From: Squalus acanthias
Taxonomy: Eukaryota
Length of the DNA stretch: 64,000 bases
NCBI GenBank assembly: GCA_030390025.1
Contig: CM059435.1
Coordinates: forward strand, 70,184,001-70,248,000
Direction of reading: 5' to 3'
In this document: positions 12,778-25,365 of the stretch, one piece after another
How positions within the stretch are numbered: position 1 is the first letter of the stretch
Layout of the letters: every line of letters begins with the position of its first letter
Notes under the pieces: model-generated
Databases searched by the model: none
The model's input: only the letters and a program-made list of their open reading frames with translations
What the model was told of the DNA's origin: nothing
Translations under genes and position numbers: made by a program

Positions 12778-14385
12778 TAGAATCATAGAATGGTTACAGC
12801 ACAGAAGGAGGCCATTCGGCCTGTCGAGCCCGTGCCAGCTCTCTGCAAGACCACTTCAGCTAGTCCCACTCCCTGCCCTTTCCCCGTAGCCCTGCAAATT
12901 CCTTTCCTTCAGGTACTTATCCAATTCCCTTTTGAAAGCCGTGATTGAATCTGCCTCCACCACCCTTTCAGGCAGCGCATTCCACATCCTAACCACTCGC
13001 TCAGTAATAAAGTTTTTCCTCATGTCACCTTTGGTTCTTTTGCCAATCACCTTAAATCTGTGTCCTCTGGTTCTCGACCCTTCTGCCAATGGGAACAGTT
13101 TCTCTCTATCTACTCTGTCCAGACCCCTCATGATTTTGAACACCTCTATCAAATCTCCTCTCAATCTTCTCTGTTCCAAGGAGAACAACCCCAGCTTCTC
13201 CAGTCTATCCACGTAACTGAAGTCCCTCGTCCCTGGAATCATTCTCGTAAATCTTTTCTGCACCCTCTCTAAGGCCTTCACATCCTTCCTAAAGTGCGGT
13301 GTCCAGAATTGGACACAATACTCCAGTTGAGGCCAAACCAGTGTTTTTTTCAGGTTCATCATAATTTCCACGCTTTTGTACTCTATACCTCTATTCATGA
13401 AGCCCAGGATCCCGTAAGCTTTTTTAAATGCTTTCTCAACCTGCCCTGCCACCTTCAACGATTTGTGCACTTATACCCCTAGGTCTCTCTGTTCATGCAC
13501 CCCCTTTAGGATTGTACCCTTTAGTTTATATTTCCTCTCTTCATTCTTTCTACCAAAATGTATCACTTCGCACTTTTCTGCGTTAAATTTCATCTGCCAC
13601 GTGTCTGCCCATTCCACCAACCTGCCTATGTCCTCTTGAAGTCTATCACTGTCCTCCTCACTGTTCACTATACTTCCAAGTTTTGTGTCATCTGCAAATT
13701 TTGAAATTGTGCCCTGTACACCCACGTCCAAGTTATTAATATATATCAAGAAAAGCAGTGGTCCTAGAACCGACCCCTGGGGAACACCACTGTATACCTT
13801 CCTCCAGTTCACCACTACTCTCTGTTTCCTGTCACTTAGCCAATTTCGTATCCATGCTGCCACGGTCCCTTTTATTCCATGGGCTTCAACTTTGCTGGCA
13901 AGCCTATTATGCGGCACTTTGTCGAACACCTTTTGGAAATCCATGGACACTATGTCAACCGCATTGCCCTCATCAACCCTGTCTGTTACTTTATCAAAAA
14001 ACTCAATCAAGTTGGTTAAACACCATTTGCCTTTAATAAATCTGTGCTGGCTCTCCTTAATTAATCCACACTTGTCCAAGTGACTGTTAATTTTGTCCCT
14101 GATTATTGTTTCTAAAAGCTTCCCCACTACCAAGCTTAAACTGACTGGCCTGTAGTTGCTGGGTTTATCTTTACACCCTTTTTTGCACAAGGGTGTAACA
14201 TTTGCAATTCTCCAGTCCTCTGGCACAACCCCCATTTCTAAGGAGGATTGGAAGATTATGGCCAGTACCTCTGCAATTTCTTCCTTCACTTCCCTCAGCA
14301 TCCTAGGATGCATCCCATCTGGTCCTGGTGACTTATCTACTTTAAGTACAGCCAGTCTTTCTAGTACCTCCTCTATATCCTTATC
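12778..14385 (-). mobile_element. CR1 LINE, 5'-truncated, relatively intact RT
   Basis: ORFs 13471-14526 (YRPVSL, SGVPQGSVLGP, KFADDTKL) and 12856-13470 are separated by one in-frame stop; CR1 tail at 12778. Confidence 0.95.
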
Positions 14386-14576
14386 TAGTGACCCCACTGT
14401 GGGTAAGTATACATCTGGATGTTTGGGTGAGCGCAGGATGGGGCTTACCTGTAATGTCTGCCATGACATAGTGCCTGCCAGCACTATCTGTCTTGGACCA
14501 CACGTGAACAATGGCCATTTAGACAATGTACAGTGGGCAGCCCCTGGAAAGGTACATCAGCAGGAGTCCGCAACTT

Positions 14577-15023
14577 AAGAAAGAAAGACTTGCATTTATA
14601 TAGCGAATTCACGACTACCAGATGTCTCAAAGCGCTTTACAGCCAATGAAGTATTTTTGAAGTGTAGTCACTGTGGGAAACGCAGCAGCCAATTTGCGCA
14701 CAGCAAGCTCCCACAAACAGCAATGTGATAATGACCAGATAATCTATTTTTGTTATGTTGGTTGAGGGATAAATATTGGCCAGGGCACCGGGGATAACTC
14801 CCCTGCTCTTCATCGAAAAATAGTGCTATGGGATCTTTTACGTCCACCTGAGAAAGCAGACGGGGCCTCGGTTTAACGTCTCATCCGACAGTGCAGCACT
14901 CCCTCAACACTGCACTGGAGTGTCAACCTAGCTTTATGTGCTCAAGTCCCTGGAGAGGGATTTGAACCCCACAACCTTCTGACTCAGAGGCGAGTGTGCT
15001 ACCAACTGAGCCACAGCTGACAC
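14577..15023 (-). mobile_element. Full-length tRNA-headed SINE with L2-derived tail (SacSINE1/Deu-like)
   Basis: A box TGGCTCAGTTGG and B box GGTTCAAATCC. The tail gctatataaatgcaagtctttcttt is shared with the L2 fragments. Confidence 0.85.
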
Positions 15024-15653
15024 CTCAAGGAGAGGAGGTCGTGAGAAAATATAGTTTAAGTATAATGACATTTTTGGTTCTTAGCTCTGAAAAATTTAAG
15101 ATACCATTTACATTTTGATAATTATTTTGGCCAGGGTTTTCTGCTTCAGCACATGCCAGCCTGTGATTTACGTGACCCATTGAAATAAATAGAGGAGAAA
15201 TCACAGGGTTGGCCGTTGCGGAAGTAGAAAACAAAGTGCAAATAAAGCCCTGCCGAGCAGCTAATGGTGCACATGACATCACTGCACTTCATCTGTCATG
15301 AGTCCCTGTATTACTGAGTTTATCTGACCCAAGATTTCTGTTGGTATAACTTCTGCATTCACACTACTGCAGACCCAGCCCTGAACTGAAACAAAGTGGA
15401 GGGACTGCACTTCAGTGGGTTGTACTGAGTGTAACCATTCACCAGTCTGAATACATTGAGACATAAACAAGCTCATAGCCCAACACTGACAAAACCCAAA
15501 CCAAGCACCAATGTTGGACGAAGCTAATTCATGTGGGGGAAAAAATTGCATCCGTAACCTCAGCTGCTGACCAGAAAAAGTGGCTTTCTGAGAACCACTC
15601 TCTCAATTTGTGTGTGTCACCGGGAGTTCTACACAAGATGTCACTTCTCTGTT

Positions 15654-16160
15654 ACAAAAGCAAAATGCTGGAAATCTGAAATAACAACAGAAAATGCTGA
15701 AAATACTCAGCAGGTCAGGCAGCATCTGTGGAGAGAGAAACAGAGTTTCAGATCGATGACCTTTCATCAGAACTGGAAAACGTTAGAGATGTAATAGGTT
15801 TTAAGCAAGTGCAGAGGCAGGGAAAGGGCGGCTGGGAGGAAAGAACAAAAGGGATGGTCTGTGACAGGGTGGAAGGCAGGAGAGATTGAAAGACAAAAGG
15901 GGATGGTAATGGGACAAGGACAGAAAAAAAGATGGGTCGAGAAATAGCAGAATCAACACCTGCTGTCTGGGGGAAAAAATGAGGGCAGAGGTTATGATCT
16001 GAAATTGCGTAATTGAAAGATGAGGGGCTGTTCCTCAAGCTTATGTTGAGCTTCATTGGAACAGTAAAGGAGGCCGAGGTCAGACTGGGAGTGGAGCGGA
16101 AAATTAAAGTGACAGGCAACCGGAAGCTCGGTCACGCTTGCAGACTGAACGGAGGTGTTC
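15654..16160 (-). mobile_element. Penelope-like element 3' fragment (GIY-YIG C-terminus plus pLTR)
   Basis: LPVACHFN..HSQSDLGLLYCSNEAQHKLEEQPLIFQL; hammerhead-like core at 15745-15770. Confidence 0.8.
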
Positions 16161-16364
16161 CGCATCTTTCGATTAGGCACTTTACAGCCTTCCGGACTCG
16201 ACATTGAGTTCAACAATTTTAGATCATAACCTCAGCCACCATTTTTTTGGATAGCAGATACTGATTCTACTATCCCATTTACACCTCTTCTAGACCCATC
16301 TTTTGTTTCTTTCCTTGTCCCATTAGCACCCCCTTTTGCCTTGCATCATCATCCCTTTTGTCAT

Positions 16365-17275
16365 AGGATCATAGAAATTTACACCAAAGAGGGAGGCCAT
16401 TCGACCTATCGTGTCTGCGCCAGCCAAAAAAGAGCTATTCAGCCTAATCCCACTTTCCAGCTCTTGGTCCGTAGCCTTGTAGGTTACGGCTCTTCAGGTG
16501 CATATCCAAATACTTTTTAAATGTGATGAGTGATTCTGCCTCTACCACCCTTTCAGGCAGTGAGTTCCAGACCCCCACCACCCTCTGGGTGAAAGAAGTT
16601 CTCCTCAACTCCCCTCTAATCCTTCCACCAATTACTTTAAATCTATGCCCCCTGGTTATTGACCTCTCTGCTGGGGGAAATAGGTCCTTCCTATCCACTT
16701 ATCTAGGCCCCTCATAATTTTATACACCTCAATCAAGTCTCCCCTCAGCTTCCTCTGTTCCAAAGAAAACAACCCCAGCCTATCCAATCTTTCCTCATAG
16801 CTAAAATTCTCCAGTCCTGGCAACATCCTCATAAATCTCCTCTGTACCCTCTCTGGTGCAATCACATCTTTCCTGTATGAGCTGACCAGAACTGTACACA
16901 GTACTCTAGCTGTGGCCTAACTAGTGTTTTGTACAGTTCTAGCATAACCTCCCTACTCTTATATTCTATGCCTCAGCTAATAAAGGAAAGTATCCCGTAT
17001 GCCTTCTTAACCACCTTATCTACCTGTCCTGCTACCTTCAGGGATCTGTGGACATGCACTCCAAGGTCCCTCTGTTCCTCTACACTTCTCAGTATCCTAC
17101 CAGTTATTGTGTATTCCCTTGCCTTGTTAGCCCTCCCCAAATGCATTACCCCACGCTTCTCTGGATTGAATTTCATTTGCCATCTTTTCTGCCCACCTGA
17201 CCAGTGCATTGATATCTTCCTGCAGTCTACAGCTTTTCCTCACTATCAACCACATGGGCAATTTTTCTATCATCT
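16365..17275 (-). mobile_element. CR1 LINE 3' fragment nested in Penelope
   Basis: WQMKFNPEK, QRDLGVHVH, RGDLIEVYKIM and WNSLP motifs, plus tail. Confidence 0.92.
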
Positions 17276-17448
17276 GCCATCAATTGTCATTCAATCTCTC
17301 CTGCCTTCCACCCTATCACAGACCTTCCCTTTTGTGCTTTCCTCCAACCCCCCTTTCCCTGACTGTACTTGCTTAAAACCTGTTACATCTGTAACATTTT
17401 CCAGTTCTGATAAAAGGTAATCGATCTGAAACGTTAACTCTGTTTCTC

Positions 17449-17777
17449 GGATGCGACATTAAACCGAGGCCCCGTCTGCTCTCTCAGGTGGACGTAAAAG
17501 ATCCCAAGTCACTATTTCGAATAAGAGCAGGGGATCTATCCCCAGTGTCCTGGCCAATATTTATCCCTCAATCAACATCACTAAAAACAGATTACCTGGT
17601 CATTATCACATTGCTGTTTGTGGGAGCTTGCTGTGTGCAAATTGGCTGCCGCGTTTCCTATATTACAACAGTAACTCCACTTCAAAAAGTGCTTCATTGG
17701 CTGTGAAGCACTTTGAGATGTCCGGTGGTCGTGAAAGACGCTATAGAAATGCAAGTCTTTCTTTCTTTATTTTTCTT
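17449..17777 (+). mobile_element. 5'-truncated SINE (same family as 14577-15023)
   Basis: Reverse-complement match to 14577-14890; ends in a (tttc)n tail. Confidence 0.85.
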
Positions 17778-18651
17778 TCTCTCTCCACAGATGCTGCCTA
17801 ACCTGCTGAGTATTTCCAGTATTTTTTATTTTTATTTCACTTCTCTGTTCCCTGGCTTTGTTCTGCTGTTTTCTGCACGCCAGTAAATCCCTGTATGCCT
17901 ATGTACTCCCGGCAATATGGTAGAACATAAGAAATAGGAGCAGGAGTCGGCCATTTGGCCCTTTGAGCCTGCTCCGCCATTCATCAAGATCATGGCTGAT
18001 CTTCTACCTCAACTCCACCTTCCCGCACTATCCCCATATCCCTTAATTCCTTTTGTTCCCAAACATTTATCGACCTCTGTCTTGAATATACTCCTGCTCC
18101 GACTTCTTGTGTTCTTTAGAGTTGAGGTTGGATCAGATCAGCCATGATCTTATTGAATGGCGGAGCAGGCTCGAGGGGCCGATTGGTCTACTCCTGCTCC
18201 TATTTCTTATGTTCTTATGTTCTTATGACTGAGCCTCCACAGCTCTCTGGGGTAGAGAATTCTAAAGATTCACCACCCTCTGCGTGAAGAAATTTCTCCT
18301 CATCTCAGTCCTAAATGGCCGACCCCTTATTCTGTGACTCTGACCCCGTGTTCTAGATTCCCCAGCCAGGGGAAACATTTTCCCAGCATTAACCCTGTCA
18401 GGCCCCTTAAGAATTTTACATGTTTCAATGAGATCGCCTTTCATTCTTCTAAACTCTAGAGAATATAGGCCTAGTCTACTCAATCTCTACTCACAGGGCA
18501 ATCCCCTCATCCCAGGAACCAGTCTAGTGAACCTTCACTGCACTCCCTCTAAGGCAAGTGTGTCTTTCCTTAGGTAAGGAGACCAGAACTGTACACAATA
18601 CTCCAGGTGTGGCCTCACCAATGCCCTGTATAATTGTAGTAAGACTTCTTT

Positions 18652-18871
18652 TGTTGTGGCTGCCGCGAAGCACGAATTGAGGCCGAGTCAATATGTGGAA
18701 CACATGGCTTTTAATTACATCTCTTCTGGTCAAAATGGCTGCTACAACATTTCTCTGCAAAATCCTGAGGCCCCGCCCACTCCTTTTTTCCTGCCTTAAA
18801 GGCAAGGTGCCCGATTTATTGTCCATGGACGGAAAAGTGGATTGCGCCCGTTTAGGTGGCGATCCGCCACA
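18652..18871 (-). repeat. 3' LTR (220 bp)
   Basis: TGTGGCGG...CCACAACA on minus, preceded by the purine tract GGGGGAAG. Confidence 0.95.
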
Positions 18872-18891
18872 CAGCTTCCCCCAGAATCCGC

Positions 18892-20110
18892 TTAGGAGGT
18901 GTGGACGAGACGGTGCGGCAGTCTGATGGGCCGGCCGGAGCGGCTCTTGTAGGACGCCGGTGGACGTGGAATGGCCGGGCGTGGAGCAGCCGGGTGAACC
19001 GGCTTGAGGGCAGGTCGGCCGCGTGGCGGTGGACGAGCTACAGGGACCTGCTCACTGGGCTCCGAGTGTGCTGGCTTGAGTCGGTCAACCGACCCTTTTT
19101 CGGTCCTGTCGCCCACTTGCAGGGTGAAAAATTTATCCCCAGCCTGTAGCACCTGTCGTACGGGGGTTGAAGGGGTCCGCGGTGGGCATCGTGCCGGACG
19201 AAAACGAACCGTGCCTGGTGCAGGTTTAGTGGGACGTGTGAGGTGGATTCGCCGTGTCAGGCAATGGGCACCGGGGCGAACTGTAGCGCCGGTGAGGCGA
19301 AGTCGTGGCGTTGCTGGTCGGCTGACCAGGGTGTCGTGGCGGTGGGCAGGAACTCACCGGGTACGCGCAGCGGCTGACCGTACACGAGCTCTGCCGCCGA
19401 TGCGTGGAGGTCTTCTTTAACCACGGTGCACAGGCCGAGGAGGACCCACAGGAGTCGGTCGCTCCTGGCGCCATCCTGGAGGCTGGCTCGAAGATCTTCA
19501 AGGATCTGTGGAACCGCTCACACAGTCCGTTGGCTTGGGGGTGGTAGGCTGTGGTGCGGTGAATGGTCACCCCGAGATTGCGTGCGACGGCGGTCCAGAG
19601 TTCAGAGGTAAATTGCGGACCTCTGTCCGACATCATGTCGGAGGGGACGCCGAACCGTGCGACCCAGGTGCTGACGAAGGCTCTGGCGATTGTCGGCGGT
19701 GGTGGTAGAGGTCAGTGGAATTGCCTCGGACCAGCGTGTGGTGCGGTCAACGATCGTCAGCAAGTGCGTGTGGCCTTGCGACGGCGGCAGGGGCCTGACG
19801 ATGTCCACGTGGATGTGGTCAAATCTATGCGAAGGGCCGGTAAACTCCTCGAGGGGTGCTTTCGTGTGTTGCTGCACCTTGGTCCGTTGGCAGGCTAGGC
19901 AGGAGTTGGCCCAAGTACGCACATCCTTGCGAAGGCCGCGCCAGACAAAGCGGTTGGCTACCAATTTGATGGATGCACAGGCGCCGGGGTGGGAGAGGTT
20001 GTGGAGAATCTGGAATACCCGGCGGCGCCAGGACGCTGGGACGACGGGCCGAGGTTGACAGAGGGATACGTCGCACTTGACCATGACTGTGGTCGGGCCA
20101 CAGGCGACGT
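18892..20110 (-). pseudogene. Gypsy integrase, frameshifted
   Basis: HNLSHPG...CLAC, HIHVDIV, SDRGPQF, AYHPQANGLCERFH and SVDRLKPA over three frames. Confidence 0.92.
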
Positions 20111-20234
20111 TGGCTAGCCGTAGGCTTGGAAGGTTGGTGGGTGCGGAGAGCAGATCAGGGTCGGTGATCTGGTCTGCTGCGAGTTGAGCGTAGTCGACTG
20201 CCAGGTGTGCGGCGTGGATGGCGGGGCGGGTGAG

Positions 20235-21476
20235 TCAGTCGGCTACCACATTGTCTCGGCCGGAGACGTGTTGGATGTCCGTGGTGAACTCGGACACTGC
20301 CGCGAGCTGGCGCTGCTGCCTGGCGGACCAGGGGTCGGTTGTCTTTGCCATTGCGAATCTCAGGGGTTTGTGGTCGACAAACGCAGTGAAGGGGTGGCCC
20401 TCCAGCAAAAACCGAAAATGGCGGACCGCCAGGAACAATGCGAGGAGCTCGCGGTCGAAGGTGCTGTACTTGACCTCTGGGGGGCGTAGTTGGCGGCTGA
20501 AGAAGGCAAGTGGTTGCCAGGCACCGTCGACCCACTGCTCATACAAGGCGCCGACCGCGTGGTCGGAGGCGTCCGTGGTGAGCGCTACCCTGGCATTGGG
20601 CCGTGGGTGCGCGAGCAGGGTGGCGTTGGCGAACGCGGTCTTGGTGGAGTCGAAGGCAGCTGACGCGTCTGCCGTCCATTCGACCGCCATCTTGACGCTC
20701 CTGCCCCAGAGGGCTTCATACAGGGGCCTCATGAGGGACGTCGCTTTGGGGATGAAGCGGTTATAGAAATTCACCATCCCGAGGAACTCCTGGAGGCCTT
20801 TGATGGTGGTGGGCCGGGGAAATTGTTGGACGGCCTGCACCTTGGTGGGCAGGGGAATGGCCCCAGCATGGGTGAAGTTGTGGCCGAGGAAGTCGATCTT
20901 GTCCAGGCCGAACTGGCATTTGGCTGGGCTGAGGATGAGCCCGTGGTCGCTGAGGCGCCCGAACAGGATGCGAAGGTGTTCGAGGTGTTCCTGCTTGGAG
21001 GAACTGGCTACCAGGATGTCGTCCAGGTAGACGAACAGGAACTTCAGGTCCCGCAGGACTGAGTCCATGAGCCGTTGGAATGCCTGGGCCGCGTTTTTGA
21101 GGCCGAAGGGCATCCGCAGGAACTCGAACAGGCTGAAGGGGGTGATTACGGCCATCTTGGGGACGTCCGCGGGGTGGACGGGGATTTGGTGGTAGCCGCG
21201 CACCAGGTCGACCTTGGAAAAGACTGAGCGGCCGACCAGTCGAGCCGAGAAGTCCTGGATGTGCGGCACGGGATACTGATCAGGGGTGGTGGCGTCGTTG
21301 AGGCGGCGGTAATCGCCGCAGGGGCGCCAACCTCCGCCTGGTTTGCGGGCGATGTGGAGTGGGGAGGCCCAGGGACTGTTGGAGTGGTGGATGATGCCGA
21401 GCTGTTCCATGGTGGCAAACTCGGTCCGCGCAATCTCCAGTTTGGCCGGGTCCAGCCTGCGGGCGTGGGCGTACAC
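20235..21476 (-). pseudogene. Gypsy reverse transcriptase plus RNase H
   Basis: WRPCGDYRRLN, RMPFGLKNA, YLDDIL, TDASD, YSTFDRELLA and FVDHKPL motifs. Confidence 0.95.
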
Positions 21477-21479
21477 TGG

Positions 21480-22690
21480 GGGCCTGTGGTGGGGATGAAG
21501 TATTCCACCCCGTGTTTGGCGGCCTCCGCGGAGAAGGTTCGATTGGTAAGGGCCGGGAATTCGGCCAGGAGTGCCGAGTATTCATCCGTGGCCCGGGCGT
21601 GGCACTGTGACGCCATGTCGGCGGGTTGACGGGGGGCCATGGCACCCAGGATGGGGGACATGGTGTTCATGTCCACGAGGCGGTGTCGAGGGATATCTAC
21701 CAGTAGGCCGTGGGCGCATAGAAAATCTGCGCCGATGAGAGGGGAGAGCACCTTGGCAGTGATGAACTCTCATCGGTAGCGGCGACCAGCGAGGTCGAGG
21801 ATGACTGTGCGGGTGCCATACGTCCGGATGTCCGAGCCGTTAGCAGCAGCCAGCGCCGGTCCTCGTTCGCACTTTTGAATGTTGAGGGTGGAGGCCGGGA
21901 TGATGCTGTGCTGAGCTCCAGTGTCGCACAGGAACCGGCGGCCGGTTTTGTCATCCGTGACGTACAGCAGGGAGCCCGCGTGGCCCACGGCCATCGCGGG
22001 GGCTGGTACGGGGGCGGACGTGAAAGAGCAGGGAGGTGTGCACCGTTGTGCCCTGGCACCGAACCGTGCGTGGTAGTAACAGTGGCCCGGGTTAGTGGGG
22101 CGCGAAGGCCCCGTGAGCCCGGTGGCTGGGCCTTGTGGCCGCGTGGTGGCCGGTGAGGTGCGCGCCCAGGCATTGGCTGCCAGGTCCGGAGTGACGTCGC
22201 GGCTGGAGTGAGCGGACAGCAGCTTGTCGGCCTCATCGGCCAGGGCTTCCAGGTCCGTGAAGCCAGACGCCACGATCGCTGGGCGGGTGCTGAGAGGTAG
22301 CTGGCGGATGAACAGCGTGCGGAAGAGGGATCCAGGTGGGCTCTCGTCAGTGAGGGAGAGCATGTGGGAGAGTAGGTCTGACGGTGAGGCATCACCGAGG
22401 CCTGGAAGGTCGAGGAGGTGGCAGTTTCGCTGGTATGTTGAGGCCGTAAATTTTTTAAGGAGCGCGGCCTTAAGATGTGCATACTTGCCCTCCTCTGGTG
22501 GGTTCTGCAGCGCTGTCCAGACCTTCGTAACTGTGGAGCTACTGAGTGATGTGACGAGGTAGTCGTACTTCGTCCCATCTGTGGTGATGAGTTGCAGCCG
22601 GAATCGTGACTCGGCTTGGAGGAACCAGGCTTTGGGCTGGTTTTCCCAAAACTCCGGCAGTTTCACGGAAACTGCGTTCGTGTCCGCCAT
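21480..22690 (-). pseudogene. Gypsy gag plus aspartic protease (stop at 21770, then frameshifted)
   Basis: AVSVKLPEFW..WFLQAES, CHCC knuckle CYYHARFGARAQRCTPPC, FLCDTGA, and PLIGADFL. Confidence 0.9.
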
Positions 22691-22715
22691 TGCAGTGCTC
22701 AGAATACGTTCTGAG

Positions 22716-22729
22716 CGTCGGGGTCACCA
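22716..22729 (-). promoter_or_regulatory. Primer-binding site complementary to the tRNA-Trp 3' end
   Basis: TGGTGACCCCGACG lies one nucleotide inside the 5' LTR; vertebrate tRNA-Trp ends CGUCGGGGUCACCA. Confidence 0.88.
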
Positions 22730-22730
22730 A

Positions 22731-22968
22731 CGTTGTGGCTGCCGCGAAACACGAATTGAGGCCGAGTCAATATGTAGAACACCTAGCTTTTAATTACATC
22801 TCTTCTGGTCAAAATGGCTGCAACCACATTTCTCTGCAAAACCCTGAGGCCCCGCCCACTCCTTTTTTCCTGCCTTAAAGGCAGCATGCGCCTTAAAGGC
22901 AAGGTGCCCGATTTATTGTCCACGGACGGAAAAGTGGATTGCGCCCGTTTAGGTGGCGATCCGCCACA
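22731..22968 (-). repeat. 5' LTR (238 bp)
   Basis: Matches 18652-18871 with about 9 substitutions and an 18-bp indel around a duplicated GCCTTAAAGGCA. Confidence 0.95.
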
Positions 22969-24644
22969 CTTTACTCTTATACTCTAATCCCTTTGTAACA
23001 AAAGCTAACATACCATTTGCTTTCCTAATTGCTTGCTGTACCTGTATGTTAACTTTCTGTGATTCACGTACAAGGACACCCAGGTCCCTCTGAATGCAAA
23101 CATTTCCCAGTCTCTCACCATTCAAAAAATATTCAACTTTTTTGTTTTTCCTACCAAAGTGGATAACTTCACACTACCCCACATTGTATTCCATTTGCCA
23201 TGTTCTTGCCCACTCAGTCAACCTGTCTATATCTCTCTGCAGCCTCTTTGCGTCCTCCTCACAGCTTATTTTCCCACCAAACTTTGTATCGTCAACAAAC
23301 TTGGATACGTTACACTCCATCCCTTCATCTAAGTCATTAATATAGATTGTAAATAGCTGAGGCCCAAGCACTGATCCTTGCGGTACCCCACTAGTTACAG
23401 CCTGCCAACCTGAAAAAGTCCTGTTTATTCCTGCTCTCTGTTTTCTGTCCATTAACCAATCCTCAATCCATGCTAATATATTACCCCCAATCCAATGAGT
23501 TCTAATTTTGTGTAATAACCTCTTGTTTGGCACCTTATCGAATGCTTTTTGAAAATCCAAATACACCTCATCCACTGTGTAGAACACAGTAAAGCAGAGC
23601 TGGTAGCCTTAACTACAAAATCATAACATTACACTTCAGTAATCACTTAAACTTTAACCGAAGGTGATTAGTGTCTGAATTTACACATATAGACAGGGGG
23701 GCTAGAGAAACACACACTCAACAGCCTCAAAGAACCAGATGCAATGAGAAAGCAGAAGAAATATGAAATGTTAAAAAAAAACTGGAGCGAGAGGGACAAG
23801 CACATCAATTACATTCTTCTGAGTCATTATTCCTCAGCCGAGTGAATCAGGAAAGTAACACATCTCCCTTAGGCTAATTGATGAAGGTAATTTTCTAACT
23901 GTACAGTCTGGTAGGATGGATTCAGAGTTACGTCCATTTTTCCCTTGTGGTAATGTCACTTTAATAAGAATAATTACTTTTGTATTTCCACATCTATTTT
24001 ACATTACAGAGTTGAGGAACTAATATTGTTTTTCCCCTTGCGCTAAATGGGAGACGTGTGGCCCAGTATTTAATTGTAAGCTTGTTCCGTTCCTACCTTG
24101 CCCGACAGCCAATATACAGTAAATGTGTAACCCATCTTACTTGCTACCCAGCTCATTAGAACTGTTCAGTATTCATGCATGCACATTCTAGCGGTGATGG
24201 TGTGGGAAAAGCCATTTTTAACTAGGAACACCTGGAGGAGAAGCTGAACACGGCCAAAGTGCTCGGAATTATAAGGCCACCTGCGTCTTGGTTCTCATCG
24301 AGTCCTCTGAACATTATGCGTACACACATGTTGCTTTAGTTAAAAACTGATATAAAATTAAAGGGTCAGCCAAGTTAGTTAAGCTGGGTCAAGAAAAGTT
24401 AACTGTGTTTCTGTCAGCGAAGTCGATCATGATTCTTTTTGGGGGGGTGTTGGGGAGGCACAGGGAGGGAATCAGAAAGATTTTGAAATCCAGCATCTCG
24501 AGTTCAAGTTGATATCATTAGCTAAAAGTTAAAGCTTATTTCATTTAAAGAAAAGAAATAACTGGCAATAGTTAACTGTTAGCTAATAATATCAGCTTGA
24601 GTTGCTGACTTTATTTTCTATTGATGTTTCCAAACTAGCAATAG

Positions 24645-25090
24645 GAACAGCACCTCATCTTTCGAATTAGGCACTTTACAGCCTTCTGGACTCAACATCG
24701 AGTTCAACAATTTCAGACCATAACCTCGGCCCCAATCTTTTTTTTTCCTTTTTTTTCTCACATGGCAGCTGTCTTTCATTCTGCCATCGCCATTTACACT
24801 TCATCTAGAGTCATCTTTTGTTTCTTAACTTGTCCCATTACCATCTCCTTTTACCTTGCACCATCATCCCTTTTGTCTCTTAATCTCTCCTGCCTTCCAT
24901 CCTATCACAGACCTTCCCTTTTGTTCTTTCCTCCCTCTCTCTGCCCCTGCACTTGCTTAAAAACCTGTTCCATCTCTAACTTTTTCCAGTTTTGACGAAG
25001 GGTCATCGACCTGAAACATTAACTGTGTTTCTCTCTCCACAGATGCTGCCTGACCTGCTGAGTATTTCCAGCATTTTCTGTTTTTATTTC
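24645..25090 (+). mobile_element. Penelope-like 3' fragment/pLTR
   Basis: LGTLQPSGLNIEFNNFRP* followed by a hammerhead-like core at 24987-25025. Confidence 0.8.
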
Positions 25091-25365
25091 TAATTAATGA
25101 CTGTAAGCTTCTAGGATGTCAAAAGTGTAATTTATGTTCTTTTATTTTAGTTTATATTTCATCTGAATTGAATGTGTTCTCTGTGTACTTCACACCCTGA
25201 CGTGTGGCCTAATATTTAATTGTAAGCTTGTTCCGTTCCTATGTTGCCCGAACTCAATATAGATGTCAGCTTTCATTACCAATAGAAAAAAGTGGAAATT
25301 GTAGTACATGCGCCTTAACTAATATATTCTGGGACTTGCTGATACCTCAGTAGGTAAACGCACCA

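Larger units (their letters stand above)
16161..17838 (+). mobile_element. Penelope-like pLTR, inverted relative to 15654-16160, interrupted by a CR1 and a SINE
   Basis: FRLGTLQPSGLDIEFNNFRS* at about 16168-16230. It resumes at about 17280-17448 and 17778-17838. Confidence 0.75.
18652..22968 (-). mobile_element. Full-length decayed Ty3/Gypsy LTR retrotransposon, CsRn1-like clade
   Basis: Two LTRs, TG...CA outer ends, 4-bp TSD CTTT, tRNA-Trp PBS, PPT, and gag-PR-RT-RH-INT order. Confidence 0.97.
17921..23575 (-). mobile_element. CR1 LINE split by the Gypsy insertion (17921-18651 and 22969-23575)
   Basis: The two flanks join as aagactt-cttt-actcttatactc, identical to the uninterrupted CR1 at 8278-8300. 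RT motifs lie at 23174-23587. Confidence 0.92.

Noticed and set aside
14950-15023. tRNA-like A/B box sequences (also at 35032-35100)
   Set aside because: They are SINE heads continuous with SINE bodies and tails, not tRNA genes.
18856-22878. Many overlapping + strand ORFs, and GC-rich DNA as possible bacterial contamination
   Set aside because: The ORFs are by-products of high GC. The segment is an LTR element integrated with a TSD into a host CR1.
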